From an uncultured Acidobacteriota bacterium (GTDB taxonomy: Bacteria; Acidobacteriota; UBA6911): DNA of 64,000 nucleotides. The notes below the pieces were generated by a model, which saw only the letters and a list, made by a program, of their open reading frames with translations, was not told the DNA's origin and made no database searches. Within the stretch, counting starts at the first letter, position 1. Each line of letters starts with the position of its first letter. The stretch covers positions 160,001-224,000 of the forward strand of contig CAWJKZ010000010.1 in NCBI GenBank assembly GCA_963843575.1, in the 5' to 3' direction. This document shows positions 20,853 through 31,878 of this stretch, one piece after another. Position numbers and translations under genes: made by a program.

Positions 20853-21920
20853 ATGAAAGCCGCTGTCTTCCATGGGCCTGGCGACCTTCGCATCGAGGAG
20901 CGTCCCGCACCAGCCATTGCACGCGACGAAATACTCTTGAAGGTGGCGACTTGTTCCATCTGTGGCAGCGATGTCCGCACCTTTCGATTCGGGGCAAGCA
21001 ATATCACCGAACCCATGACCCTGGGTCACGAGGTCGCCGGCACCATCCTCGAAGTTGGCAGCGCAGTCACAGGCTTTTCTCCGGGCCAGAGGGTGGCGGT
21101 AGCGCCCGCGGTGCCGTGCGGCGCATGCCGCTACTGCGTGCGCGGCATTCAGACCATGTGCGATCACCTCCGGTCCATCGGCTTTCAATTCCACGGAGGC
21201 TTCGCGGAATTGCTGGTGGTTCCTCCCTCCGCCATCATGGCGGGCTGCGTGAACACAATTCCGGACAACCTCTCGATGGAAGAAGCGTCCCTAGCCGAGC
21301 CGCTGGCGTGTGCCATTAACGCCCAGGAGCTGCTGGACGTAGGCATGGGGGACACGGTAGTCATCCTGGGCGCCGGGCCGCTCGGCTGCATGCACGCGGA
21401 CCTGGCGAAGCTGCGCGGCGCCGGCAAGGTCGTATCGATAGAAATCCAGCCTCGTCGGCTGGAGCTGGCCAGAAGGTTTTTCGCCGATGTGGTGATCGAT
21501 GGCTCCAACGAAGACGTGACCGCCAGGGTCATGGAGGAGACCGGCGGAATCGGCGCGACAGTGGTGATTGTCGCAGCGCCCTCCGCGGAAGCGCAGCAGC
21601 AGGCCCTGATCCTTGCCGCCAAACGCGGACGAATCAGCTTTTTCGGAGGTTTGCCCAAGAGCAGCCCGTTTACCTCGCTAGACGCCAACCTGCTGCATTA
21701 CCGGGAGCTGTCCGTCATGGGAGCATATGGCTCCAAGCCAAGGCACAACCGGATCGCGCTGGATCTGCTGGCCGACGGCCGCATCCATGGATCGAGCCTG
21801 ATCGGCATGGTGGTCCCTCTGGAAAGGATCAAGGATGGCCTGGAGGCCGCCGCCCAGGGCAAGGTGTTGAAAGTCATCGTGCAACCCCACGCGCCGCCGG
21901 ACGCGGCCGGCGGCAAGTGA
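20853..21920 (+). CDS. Zinc-binding (MDR) polyol dehydrogenase
   Basis: CSICGSD, LGHE, CGACRYC..C, EPLAC, GAGPLG. Confidence 0.88.
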   Translation: MKAAVFHGPGDLRIEERPAPAIARDEILLKVATCSICGSDVRTFRFGASNITEPMTLGHEVAGTILEVGSAVTGFSPGQRVAVAPAVPCGACRYCVRGIQTMCDHLRSIGFQFHGGFAELLVVPPSAIMAGCVNTIPDNLSMEEASLAEPLACAINAQELLDVGMGDTVVILGAGPLGCMHADLAKLRGAGKVVSIEIQPRRLELARRFFADVVIDGSNEDVTARVMEETGGIGATVVIVAAPSAEAQQQALILAAKRGRISFFGGLPKSSPFTSLDANLLHYRELSVMGAYGSKPRHNRIALDLLADGRIHGSSLIGMVVPLERIKDGLEAAAQGKVLKVIVQPHAPPDAAGGK

Positions 21921-22040
21921 GCAGCTTGGTCCGGATGAGTGCGGGCGATCTACCGAACGCGGATGTGAGTGGGTTTTAGAAGCGTCCTGCCGTGGCAATC
22001 GGCGATGATCAACATCCATACCTCAAAGAACGGAGCCGGA

Positions 22041-23084
22041 ATGAGCGGGACAGGCAGAGTATCGGCGTCCACCCTGGTCGTTGGCATGATCGCGTTGCTT
22101 TTTGTGGGTTGCACGTCCTCCCGCGCGCCGCAGGCTCCGGACGCAGCTCAACCCGCAAACTCTCCCTCAGAGGCAGTCAGAGCCCCGAAGGACGTCACAC
22201 TTGGCCTGTCCATGTACACGCTGGGCGCCCCTTATTTCGCAGCCCAGGCAAATGCGGTAAAGAAGAGAGCTGCTGAACTGGGCGTGAAACAGGTGATCGC
22301 GACCGAAGCCCATGATGACATGAACAAACAGTTGGCCGACGTCGAGGACCTCCTGTCCAAGAACATCGATCTCCTCATTTTGAATCCCAAGGATCCCAGG
22401 GGGCTGGTTCCCGCAACGAAGGCGGCCACCAGGGCGGGAGTTCCGGTCGTCATCATTGACAGCACCATCGATTCCTCCGCCGACTTCGTGACGCTCGTGC
22501 AGTCGAACAACCAGGCCAACGGTGAACTGGTCGGTGAGTGGTTGGCAACACAGATGAAGGGGAAACCGATCAAAATGGCGCTGCTCAGCGGCACACAAGG
22601 GAACCCGGTGGGAAAGGAGCGCCGCCAGGGCGTTTTCCGCGGCATCATCGAACAGCAACTGCGCGACGGCAACAGGGCGGGCTTTGAGATCATGACGCAG
22701 GGCTGGGGCAATTGGGCGCACGAAGGCGGCCTCAAGGCGATGGAAGACATCCTGGTCGCCAAGCCGGAAATCAACGTCCTGCTGTGCGAAAACGACAGCA
22801 TGTGCCTGGGGGCCTTAAAAGCCATCAGCGAGTCGGGCAGAGGGGACAGGATCCTGGTTCTGGCCGCCGCCGACGGGCAGAAGGAAGCCTACGAGGCCAT
22901 CAAGAGAGGACAGTATGGCGCCACGGGCTTAAACGATCCCGTCCTGGTCGCAAACTCTGCCGTCGAGTCCGCCCTCAAATATCTTTCGGGTCGAAGGGAC
23001 TTGCCGAAAATCCAATACACGGAGGCTGCGGCGATCACCAGGGAGAACGTCGACAGATTTTACCGGGCCGACAGCGAATTCTGA
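22041..23084 (+). CDS. Sugar/polyol ABC transporter substrate-binding lipoprotein (RbsB-like)
   Basis: Lipobox LFVGC; KQLADVEDL, GVPVVIID, CENDSMCLGA. Confidence 0.88.
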   Translation: MSGTGRVSASTLVVGMIALLFVGCTSSRAPQAPDAAQPANSPSEAVRAPKDVTLGLSMYTLGAPYFAAQANAVKKRAAELGVKQVIATEAHDDMNKQLADVEDLLSKNIDLLILNPKDPRGLVPATKAATRAGVPVVIIDSTIDSSADFVTLVQSNNQANGELVGEWLATQMKGKPIKMALLSGTQGNPVGKERRQGVFRGIIEQQLRDGNRAGFEIMTQGWGNWAHEGGLKAMEDILVAKPEINVLLCENDSMCLGALKAISESGRGDRILVLAAADGQKEAYEAIKRGQYGATGLNDPVLVANSAVESALKYLSGRRDLPKIQYTEAAAITRENVDRFYRADSEF

Positions 23085-23113
23085 CCCCCAGGCCCCTCCA
23101 TCCAGGAATACAG

Positions 23114-24649
23114 GTGACTGAACGCTACCTGGTCGAAATCCTTAACGTGAGCAAGTCCTTTCGGGCGATTCACGCTCTCACGGACGTGTCGTTCAACGTA
23201 AAGCCAGGCGAAATTCACGCTCTCGTGGGTGAGAACGGGGCCGGCAAGTCCACCCTGATGAAGATCCTGTCGGGGGTTCATCTCAAGGACAAAGGCACCA
23301 TCAAAGTGGACGGCCGGCCGGTTGACATCCAGAATCCGCACGCAGCGGGTCGGCTCGGCATTGGAATTGTCTACCAGGAGCTAGCGCTGATTCCGGACCT
23401 GACCGTCGCCGAGAACATCTACTTCAAACGATTGAGCTCCAATTGGGGCCTCATCAATGGGCGCGAACTCAACCGGAAGGCGGAAGTACTCCTCCGAGGG
23501 CTCGGCTTCGACATCAATCCGCGCGAGAAGGTGGCGCATCTCAGCGTCGCCTGCCAACAGATCGTCGAGATCAGCAGAGAACTCTCCGAAGACGTGCGCG
23601 TGCTCATCCTGGACGAGCCGACGTCGGTCCTGGCGCCCAAAGAAGTAGAGCACCTGTTCGCAGCCCTGAAGAGCCTGAGGGCTCGCGGTGTGGGTCTCGT
23701 TTACATCAGCCACCGACTGGACGAGATCTTCCAGATCGCCGACCGGATTACCGTCCTCAAGGATGGGGCCGTGGTAGGAACGGTCTTGCCGACGGGGGTT
23801 ACGCCGGACGATCTGATCAGCATGATGATCGGTCGCAGGCTGATCACGATGTTTCCAAAGCGGGACTGCACGATCGGCGACGAAGTGCTCCGCGTGGATG
23901 GGTTGAACCGGGGGCGGAGGGTCAGGGACATATCCTTTGCCGTGAGAGCCGGGGAAGTCCTCGGCATCGCCGGATTGGTGGGCAGCGGCCGAAGCGAGGT
24001 GGTCCGCGCAATTTTCGGGGCAGAGTCCAAGGAGGGTGGGAAGGTTTTCCTCGGGAACCGGCCCGTGAAGATCAACTCACCCAGCGACGCGGTGAAGAGC
24101 GGCATCGCGCTTGTGCCGGAAAACCGCAAAGAGCAGGGCGTCATTCTCGACATGCCCATCCGCAAGAACATCACCATGCCCAATGTCCGGCTGGTCACAG
24201 CCAGCCTTGGCATCATCCAGGAGCGCAAGGAAAGGAGACTCGCTCGGCAGTTTGTGGACAAGCTTCAGATCAAGACCCAGGACGTGGACCAGGAGGTGGC
24301 AGATCTGAGCGGAGGCAATCAGCAAAAAGTCGTGCTGGCCAAATGGCTGACCACGAAGTGCAGGGTCATCCTGTTGGACGAGCCCACGCGAGGGATTGAT
24401 GTCGGCGCCAAGGTCGAGATCTACCACCTGATCAATGAACTGGCGGCTTCAGGCATGGGCATCGTGCTGATTTCATCGGAGATGATGGAGATCATCGGCC
24501 TTTGCGATCGAGTCATGGTGATCCGCGAGGGACAGGTTGCGGGGATGCTCCAGAAACCCGAGATCAGCGAGGTGAATGTGATGAGAATGGCGGTCCAAGG
24601 ACCGGCGCCCGGCACGGTCACGACGCCGGTGGCCAGTTTGCGCCTTTAG
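23114..24649 (+). CDS. Sugar ABC transporter ATP-binding protein (RbsA-like)
   Basis: GENGAGKST, LDEPT twice, LSGGNQQK; GTG start inferred. Confidence 0.92.
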   Translation: MTERYLVEILNVSKSFRAIHALTDVSFNVKPGEIHALVGENGAGKSTLMKILSGVHLKDKGTIKVDGRPVDIQNPHAAGRLGIGIVYQELALIPDLTVAENIYFKRLSSNWGLINGRELNRKAEVLLRGLGFDINPREKVAHLSVACQQIVEISRELSEDVRVLILDEPTSVLAPKEVEHLFAALKSLRARGVGLVYISHRLDEIFQIADRITVLKDGAVVGTVLPTGVTPDDLISMMIGRRLITMFPKRDCTIGDEVLRVDGLNRGRRVRDISFAVRAGEVLGIAGLVGSGRSEVVRAIFGAESKEGGKVFLGNRPVKINSPSDAVKSGIALVPENRKEQGVILDMPIRKNITMPNVRLVTASLGIIQERKERRLARQFVDKLQIKTQDVDQEVADLSGGNQQKVVLAKWLTTKCRVILLDEPTRGIDVGAKVEIYHLINELAASGMGIVLISSEMMEIIGLCDRVMVIREGQVAGMLQKPEISEVNVMRMAVQGPAPGTVTTPVASLRL

Positions 24650-24678
24650 TAACTTCACGAGGGACGGAGGAAGTACGC

Positions 24679-25683
24679 ATGAGCCAGCGGCAAGCGGAAT
24701 CGGGCGGGGGCGAGCCGTCGGTCGCCGCCACGACATCGGGCAGCCTGTTGAGCAGCACTACCGCACTTCTGCTCAAGTACAACACTGTGCTGATATTCCT
24801 CGTCATGATCGCGCTCGCCGCCTCGATTTCCGACGTTTTCTTCAGCGAGAAAAACGTCTTCAACCTGCTGCGCCAGGTCGCCGGCCTCGCCGCAGTCGGG
24901 CTCGGCATGCTGCTGGTGATCCTGACCGGAGGCATCGATCTCTCGGTCGGTTCCCTCATGGCACTGGCGAGTGTGCTGGTCGCATACTTCCTCGGCAGCA
25001 TGGCCTTGCTGCCCGCGCTGATACTTACCGTCGCGATCAGCACCTTGTGCGGGGCCGTGTCAGGCTACCTGGTCGCCGCCAGGAATATGGCACCGTTTAT
25101 CGCAACCCTTGCCATGATGACGATCGCCAGGGGATTCGCTTTTATCATCTCGAAGGGCTCCCCGATCATCATCGAAGATCCGACCCTGAACGGCTTTGGA
25201 TCGGCTTATTGGTTTAAGGTTCCGCTGCCCGTATTTGTGATGGCCGCCGTCTTCGCGCTCGTGGCCTTCCTTCTGAGATTGACCGTCTTCGGCAGGATGA
25301 CCACCGCGATCGGGAGCAATGAGACCGCCGTGAGGTTGGCGGGGATTCGGACCGGGTGGTACAAATTCGCCGTTTACTGTATCTCGGGCGCCTTCTGTGC
25401 AGTCGCAGGCATTATCAGCACATCCCGGACAGGGGTAGGCTCGCCCATAGTGGGCACGGGGGCGGAGCTCGACGCGATTGCGGCGGTCGTTATCGGGGGA
25501 GCAAGTCTGAGCGGGGGCAAAGGCACCGCGTTCAACACTCTGCTGGGTGTGCTCATCCTGGGAATGATCGGGAACATCATGAACCTCATGAATGTCCCGG
25601 GCTACCCGCAGCAGGTTATCAAGGGTTTGATCATCGTGTTCGCCGTCCTGCTGCAAGGATGGCAACGTCGTCCGGATGCCTGA
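24679..25683 (+). CDS. Sugar ABC transporter permease (RbsC-like)
   Basis: GGIDLSVGS, PFIATL, ELDAIAAVVIGGASLSGG. Confidence 0.92.
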   Translation: MSQRQAESGGGEPSVAATTSGSLLSSTTALLLKYNTVLIFLVMIALAASISDVFFSEKNVFNLLRQVAGLAAVGLGMLLVILTGGIDLSVGSLMALASVLVAYFLGSMALLPALILTVAISTLCGAVSGYLVAARNMAPFIATLAMMTIARGFAFIISKGSPIIIEDPTLNGFGSAYWFKVPLPVFVMAAVFALVAFLLRLTVFGRMTTAIGSNETAVRLAGIRTGWYKFAVYCISGAFCAVAGIISTSRTGVGSPIVGTGAELDAIAAVVIGGASLSGGKGTAFNTLLGVLILGMIGNIMNLMNVPGYPQQVIKGLIIVFAVLLQGWQRRPDA

Positions 25684-25822
25684 TGGTCAGCGACGAGTTT
25701 CTTGGACGCAGATTGACGCAGGTCAACGTCGATCATTGCCGCTTGTGGCTCGGGCCTGTACTTCATCCGGCGTGCGAGATTACCGGAGCAGGCCTGGACT
25801 TGGTCCCGGAACAGGGGTAGGG

Positions 25823-27322
25823 ATGACCAGCCCGATTAAGCTCAATGCATCCAACCTGCCACGCGTACCGGCAGCAGTGCGGATCCCGGGATATGTCAGG
25901 ACCGCGATAGCCCCGGGCATCGTGCACATCGGGGTCGGCGGTTTCTTCCGGGCGCATCAGGCTGTCTACCTGGACGACCTGCTGCTCGCGGGAGACGCTC
26001 GGTCGTGGGGCGTGTGCGGGATCGGACTGCTCGAGCAGGACTCCGGCATGCGCGACGCACTGCAATCCCAGGACTGCCTGTACACGGTGCTGGAGTGCAG
26101 CGCAGGGGGCGAGCAGGCCCGTGTCATTGGATCACTGATCGAATACCTCTATGCCCCGGAAGGCCCCGAGCGCGTGCTCGAGAAGATGGCTGCGCCGGAA
26201 ACCGCGATCGTCTCACTGACCATCACCGAGTCGGGCTATTACGTCAATCACGGGACGGGAAGTTTCGACGAGCACCATCCCGACATCATCCGCGATCTCG
26301 AGCATCCGCACCACCCGCGTTGCTCGTTCGGTTACCTCGCCGAGGCGCTGGACCGGCGCCGGCGGCGCGGCCTGGCGCCGTTCACCGTGTTGTCCTGCGA
26401 CAACCTGCAGCAGAACGGGGACGTGGCCAAGAGGATGCTGCTGGCCTTCGCGGCACTCCGCGATCCGGCGCTGAGCGCATGGATGGAGACACGCTGCGCT
26501 TTCCCCAACAGCATGGTGGATCGGATCACACCAATGACCGACGACCGGCACCGCTCCCTGTTGTGCGAGCGGTACGGCGTCGACGACGCCTGGCCCGTCG
26601 TTACGGAGCCCTTCCGGCAGTGGGTGATCGAGGACCACTTTCCCGGCGGGAGGCCCGCATGGGAGCGGGCCGGGGCCCAGTTGACTTCCGACGTGCTCCC
26701 CTACGAAAAGATAAAGATCCGCCTGCTCAATGCCGGACACCAGACCCTATGCCACATCGGCAGGCTGCTGGGCTACACGTCGGTCCACCAGGCCATCGCC
26801 GACCCGCAGATACGGAAGCTCCTCCGACGGCTGATGGACGAAGAGGTCAGCCCGCTCCTCCCACGCGTGCTGGGCATGGGACTCGAGCAGTATAAGGAGA
26901 CGCTCCTGCAGCGCTTCTCCAATCCCACCATCAACGACCAGCTCTCCCGCATCGCCATGGAGGGATCGGCCCGGATGCCCAAGTTCGTCCTCCCCTCTAT
27001 CGGGGAGCAACTGGAGCGTGGCGGGCCCGTGCGCCTCCTCAGCTTCGCGGTCGCATGCTGGTTCCGGTGCTTGGCCGGGGAGGACGAGCAAGGGAGGGAC
27101 CTCCCAGTGGTGGACCCCATGGCGGAGACTCTGAGGGAGCGCGCTCGGCTGGGAGGGACTGACCCCGGACCGCTGCTCCACTCACCAAACCTGTTCGGTG
27201 AAAAACTGCTCCGGTCGCGGCGGTTCGTGGACTCCCTGTCGGGGGCTTTGAAGGACCTGTACATGAAGGGTGCTCGCGCTGCCCTCGAGGAGGCCCTGAC
27301 AGCCAGGCGCGCGGAACCCTGA
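25823..27322 (+). CDS. Mannitol 2-dehydrogenase family (long-chain polyol dehydrogenase)
   Basis: HIGVGGFFRAHQ, SCDN, FPNSMVDRITP, EPFRQWVIED, KIRLLNAGH. Confidence 0.9.
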   Translation: MTSPIKLNASNLPRVPAAVRIPGYVRTAIAPGIVHIGVGGFFRAHQAVYLDDLLLAGDARSWGVCGIGLLEQDSGMRDALQSQDCLYTVLECSAGGEQARVIGSLIEYLYAPEGPERVLEKMAAPETAIVSLTITESGYYVNHGTGSFDEHHPDIIRDLEHPHHPRCSFGYLAEALDRRRRRGLAPFTVLSCDNLQQNGDVAKRMLLAFAALRDPALSAWMETRCAFPNSMVDRITPMTDDRHRSLLCERYGVDDAWPVVTEPFRQWVIEDHFPGGRPAWERAGAQLTSDVLPYEKIKIRLLNAGHQTLCHIGRLLGYTSVHQAIADPQIRKLLRRLMDEEVSPLLPRVLGMGLEQYKETLLQRFSNPTINDQLSRIAMEGSARMPKFVLPSIGEQLERGGPVRLLSFAVACWFRCLAGEDEQGRDLPVVDPMAETLRERARLGGTDPGPLLHSPNLFGEKLLRSRRFVDSLSGALKDLYMKGARAALEEALTARRAEP

Positions 27323-27347
27323 TGACGCACCGCTTTCCCACCTGGTT

Positions 27348-28768
27348 TCAGGCGACTTCCCAGCCGGGACGGTAGCTTTCCTTGAGGAGTGCGTCCGCTT
27401 CGGGCGCGTCCGTGAACTTCATGGCCGGCGCATCCCAGAATGCACCTTCTTCTTCAGGCGCAGGGCGACGAGGCCGAGCAGACCGACTTCCGTCAGTCCG
27501 GCGCCATATTCGAAGTGGGCGCTGGCGGGCGTGCCGCCTTTGCAGGCGTCGAGCCAGTCGCGGTGATGTCCGTTGGACCGGGGAAGCGTCTTCGCGGGGC
27601 GCTTGTAGGCAGCATCCTTCGAACCGGGCAACAGGCGCGGCGCGCCCGCCCAGCCGGGGCAGGTGAGCATGCCTTTGTCGCCGACGAACAGGATGCCGTT
27701 GCCGTCGGCGCCAAGCCGGTCTTCCTCTTCCAGACCGTCCGGGCGCGGCGGCATCAGGCCGCCTTCATACCACGTGAACTTGACGGCGGGCATCTTGCCG
27801 CGCGGACCGAAGTGGTAGGTGTAAAGGCCGCCCGACGGCGCCATATAGGGATCCACGCCGCCGGCGGCGAAGGCTTCGATGCTGAGTCGGCTCGCGCAGG
27901 TCGAGCGCCCAGAATGCGGGGTCGAAGTTGTGGCAGAAGAAGTCGCCGATGGGCGCGGTGCCGAAGTCCCAGAAATCGCGCCAGCTCACCGGCGAGTAGA
28001 TGGAGCTGTAGGGGCGCATGTCGCGGGGCCCCAGCCACAGGTCCCAGTTGACGCCCTGCGGCACCGGCTCCTCCGGCGGGACGCCGCCCGGGTGCTTCTT
28101 GTTCCAGCGCGTGGCGCTGGTCCAGGCGTGCACTTCGCGGATGTCGCCGATTGCGCCGTCCCAGATCCACTCGCAGGTCTGGCGGATGCCGTCGCCGGAG
28201 TGCCCGTGGTTGCCCAACTGCGTGGCCACGCCGGTTTCCTTGGCTACCTTGGCCATCAGCCGCGCCTCCCAGACGTTGTGGGTGAGCGGCTTTTCGCAAT
28301 AGACGTGCTTGCCCTGCTTCATGGCCGTCACGCAGACATACGCGTGCTGGTGGTCCGGCGTGGCGCAGAGGATGGCGTCGATGGCCTTTTCCTTTTCGAG
28401 CATCACGCGGAAATCCTCGTAGTCGGCCACCTTGAAGTTCGGCGTCTCTTCCGCGTACCGCCGCTCGATTTCAGCCTTGACCGGCAGCCGGCCAGCCGTG
28501 CCCCCGTAGTAGAAACCTTTCAGGTCGTGAAACTCGATGGGGTCCGCCACGGCGATGATCTGCGCGTCCTCGAGCTTGAACAGGGCGCGCATGTTGGTGC
28601 GGCCCTGGCCGCCGCAGCCGATGATGGCGATGTTGATCTTGTCGCTCGGGGCGACGAACTTCTGGCCGCCCAGGACGTGGCGCGGGACGATGGTGAAGCC
28701 GGCGACCGCGGCGGCGTGCCGCCGATGAAGTCGCGCCGGCTCAGGTTGGGACTCTGTTTGTCTATCAT
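27348..28768 (-). CDS. Tat-exported Gfo/Idh/MocA oxidoreductase, broken by 3 frameshifts (~28717, ~27886, ~27440); read errors or pseudogene
   Basis: SRRDF Tat motif, IIGCGGQG, ATPDHQH, YCEKPLTH, WRDFWDFGT, YRPGW tail; the pieces lie in different frames. Confidence 0.78.
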
Positions 28769-28966
28769 GTTGCAGCGACCTCCGCGCCGCCCGCTTGGCG
28801 AATAGAACGACAATGACGCCTCACCGATACGGCAGTCATTTCTATCCCCAAAGGGGCACACCCGCAAGCGAATTTGCCTGCGCAGGGATCTGCCTGCGCA
28901 CCCTGACTGTCCCGGCTGAAGAGGGTGTCCGACGGCTGCCGCAACAAATACGCGCATCCGGGCTTT

Positions 28967-29146
28967 AGAGGCTGTCCAACGGATTGTGGAGTGCGGCGGC
29001 TCGACGCCACCAAAGGCCGAGGTCGCAGGGTCGCATCGTGCAATTCGGCGTGGCGCCGAGGCGCCGAGCATTCCTGCCGTAGGACGAGTGAAAGCGGCGC
29101 CGAGGCGCCGCACTCCGGATTGAACGTCAACCGTTGGACAGCCTCT
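28967..29146 (+). mobile_element. 180-bp MITE/REPIN-like element with perfect 16-bp TIRs (copy B)
   Basis: AGAGGCTGTCCAACGG (28967-28982) and CCGTTGGACAGCCTCT (29131-29146) enclose the inverted REP-like units GGAGTGCGGCGGCTCGACGCC and GGCGCCGAGGCGCCGCACTCC. Confidence 0.8.
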
Positions 29147-29166
29147 GAAGGCCGGACCCGCGTGTA

Positions 29167-30402
29167 TCACGGGCCCGACTGTGTGGTCGCAACGGGTCTG
29201 GATCCAGACTCTGTCAGCTTCCTGACCTGCTCCCTCACGGCGCCCGCTTGTGCGGACTCGGGTGCCGCGGCGAGGTAGCGCTGAAGCTGTTCTATCGCAC
29301 CCTCCGCGTCGTTCCTGCGCCGGAGGATATTGGCGAGGATCAGGTGCACCTGAGGTATGCGGTGCAGGGGATCCATCTGCTCCGTCTTCCTCCCGCTGCG
29401 CTCGGCCGAGTCGAGCCGGTTCATGTAGTAGTTTGCCGCGGAGTTCAGGTAGTAGGCGTCGACGAAGTCCACGGGATCGAGTTCGATGGCGCGATCGGAC
29501 AACTCCGCCGCAGCCTGCCATTTCTGCTCGAGCACAGCGAGCCGTGCGAGGTGGATGTAGGGCCCCACGTAGTTATGGTCGACCTCAACGGCCTTGGACA
29601 ACGCCGCCTTGGCTTCGTCCAGTCGCTGCATGCTTTCATAGACCTGTCCCAAGCCGTACCAGGCAGCCGCATAGTGGGGGTATATCTCGAGGGCCGACTT
29701 GAGGTTCTTCTCGGCCTCTGCGAGGTCGTTTTTCCGAAAGGCCTTCTCGAAACGCCCGAACGCTTTCCGGGCCGGCTTTGGCGCAGCCATGTCGGTGGCG
29801 CTCACCAGTGTCCCCTGGACCTTCGACAGCGGGTAGAGCACGATCGTGCCCATATCGATCTGCCCGACAGAACTGCCCGAACCAAGCATCACGGGGGTGG
29901 ACCGGTAGCCGGCCAGGCGGGCGCGCACTTCGCAACCCATCAGGCTCACCGGTGCCTGCCGGTCGAAGACGCTCGAGCCCGCCGACGGGCGGGAATTGCG
30001 CCCGCCGAACATGTCCGCCGCGGCGCCCGATTCGTCGCTGGCATCGGGCAACACACTGGCGGAGCGGCTTATCCCTCCAATCTGAAAGGAGAAATGGCCG
30101 GCAGCATCCACATAGGTTTCCCGGGTGACACGCCCGTTGCAGTTGCGTTCGATGACCACGCCCGTCGGCAGTGGCGCCCCGTCCTCCTGGACTACGACGC
30201 CGGAGACGAAAATCAGCTGCGGCTGCACCTGCTGTCGATCCGGCTGGGATCTCGACGGGCGAGGCACGGACGGGGTAGTGTTCCGCCTGGACGAGGTTCC
30301 GCCACCTCCCCTCGTGGATTGGGCCGAGAGATCTCCCGGTTGGGCGGCCCCGAGCACGATCAGGCAGGACAGCACTGCGCCAAAGAGACCGGCTGATTTC
30401 AT
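29167..30402 (-). CDS. Secreted TPR-repeat protein with N-terminal beta-sandwich domain
   Basis: Signal peptide, VSGVVVQEDG, CEVRARLAGYRS, C-terminal TPRs (YAAAWYGLG). Confidence 0.8.
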   Translation of the reverse strand: MKSAGLFGAVLSCLIVLGAAQPGDLSAQSTRGGGGTSSRRNTTPSVPRPSRSQPDRQQVQPQLIFVSGVVVQEDGAPLPTGVVIERNCNGRVTRETYVDAAGHFSFQIGGISRSASVLPDASDESGAAADMFGGRNSRPSAGSSVFDRQAPVSLMGCEVRARLAGYRSTPVMLGSGSSVGQIDMGTIVLYPLSKVQGTLVSATDMAAPKPARKAFGRFEKAFRKNDLAEAEKNLKSALEIYPHYAAAWYGLGQVYESMQRLDEAKAALSKAVEVDHNYVGPYIHLARLAVLEQKWQAAAELSDRAIELDPVDFVDAYYLNSAANYYMNRLDSAERSGRKTEQMDPLHRIPQVHLILANILRRRNDAEGAIEQLQRYLAAAPESAQAGAVREQVRKLTESGSRPVATTQSGP

Positions 30403-30601
30403 AGCCACTCCTCATACTGTGGAACGGTAACGCCTGGTTTCAGGGTACGGTTACCCCATCGCCCGGTGGCTCTGCCCGAACAACCGCTTTGTTTTTGGAA
30501 AGGGAGGTACACCCACCTGCAATTCACAGTACTCCGACCGAGAGGGAACGGCAATGCAAATCACGGCGCTGCGCCGGTGGGCGCCAGCGGAACCGGAAAC
30601 T

Positions 30602-30666
30602 CTTCAAACCCTTCGAGCCTCGGGCGTGAACCGTGGAACTCACGCCGAAGGCCTGAAGACTCGAAG
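30602..30666. repeat. Imperfect inverted repeat with ~9-nt periodic arms
   Basis: CTTCAAACCCTTCGAGCCTCGGGCGTGA versus TCACGCCGAAGGCCTGAAGACTCGAAG. Confidence 0.5.
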
Positions 30667-30763
30667 GATCCCGAAGACGGTGCGCCGGCGTCCCTAATCG
30701 CTTGCGTCGCGCCACCATTCGCGATAGAACTGCGCGCATCGATTGAGGAAACGGGAGCCATAC

Positions 30764-31846
30764 ATGAGCGAAGTATTGAACATCCGTCCTGATGGAGCGC
30801 TGGACCTGCTGAGCCTGGGTGCCCTGGTGCACCGGCTCGATCCCGGGATCGTCCCTTTCCGGAAGGCGACAGAATGCCGCATTCACGTGAGCGGGGGGGA
30901 GTTCAACGTCGCAGCCAATCTTGCCGACTGCTTCGGGATGAACACCGGCGTCGCCAGCGCCATGGTCGATTACCCGATCGGCGACCTCATCGCCGAACGG
31001 GTCCGGGCCATGGGGGTGAAACCTTTCTACCGGCGTTTCAAGCACAACGGCGTCAACGGGCCGAACATGGCCACCGTCTACAGCGACCGGGGTTACGGGG
31101 TGAGGGCGCCGGTGGTGTTCTACAACCGCTCGAACGAAGCGGCCGCCCAGCTCAGGCCGGGCGATTTCGATTGGAAGGGCCTCTTCAAGGAGGGGGTGCG
31201 CTGGTTCCACAGCGGCGGCATTTTCGCGTCGCTCTCGGCGACTACCGGCGAACTCATCGTCGAGGCGATGCAGGCGGCGAGGCAAGCCGGCACCGTAACC
31301 AGTTTCGACCTGAACTTTCGCGAGAAGCTCTGGAACATCTGGGGGGGGCAACAGAAAGCCGTCGAAGTGGTCCACCGCATCGTGGAACTCGTCGACGTGC
31401 TGGTCGGGAACGAGGAGGACCTCCAGAAGGGGCTCGGCATCCCGGGACCGGAAGTCGCCTCCAGGTCCAAGCTGGACCCGAGCACCTTTTTCGCGATGAT
31501 CGACAAGGTCGCCGGCAAGTACCCGAACGTCAAGGTGGTCGCCACAACCCTGCGTGACGTGCACACGACCAATCACCACAGCTGGGGAGCCGTCGCGTGG
31601 GTCCGCGGCAAGACGTATCAGGCTCCGACGGCCGAACTCCACATCCTGGATCGCGTCGGCGGCGGCGACGGCTTCGCCTCGGGCTTCTTTTTCGGCCTCA
31701 TGTCGGGGGAATCCCCCGAGGAGGCCGTGAAGCTGGGCTGGGCGCACGGCGCCCTGCTCACCACCTTCCCGGGCGATACTACCATGGCTACAGTCGAGCA
31801 GGTGCGCGCATTCGCCAAGGGCGGATCGGCCCGCATCCAACGCTGA
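30764..31846 (+). CDS. kdgK: PfkB-family sugar kinase, 2-keto-3-deoxygluconate kinase-like
   Basis: GGEFNVA, WFHSGGIF, SFDLNFREKLW, GNEED, DRVGGGDGF. Confidence 0.78.
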   Translation: MSEVLNIRPDGALDLLSLGALVHRLDPGIVPFRKATECRIHVSGGEFNVAANLADCFGMNTGVASAMVDYPIGDLIAERVRAMGVKPFYRRFKHNGVNGPNMATVYSDRGYGVRAPVVFYNRSNEAAAQLRPGDFDWKGLFKEGVRWFHSGGIFASLSATTGELIVEAMQAARQAGTVTSFDLNFREKLWNIWGGQQKAVEVVHRIVELVDVLVGNEEDLQKGLGIPGPEVASRSKLDPSTFFAMIDKVAGKYPNVKVVATTLRDVHTTNHHSWGAVAWVRGKTYQAPTAELHILDRVGGGDGFASGFFFGLMSGESPEEAVKLGWAHGALLTTFPGDTTMATVEQVRAFAKGGSARIQR

Positions 31847-31878
31847 CCGGCGCGCCCAATGCTCGACGGAAACGGAAC

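Noticed and set aside
29040-29120. Hammerhead ribozyme in the repeat core (CCGTAGGACGAGTGAAA)
   Set aside because: It resembles a hammerhead stem II plus GAAA, but the required CTGANGA core is absent.
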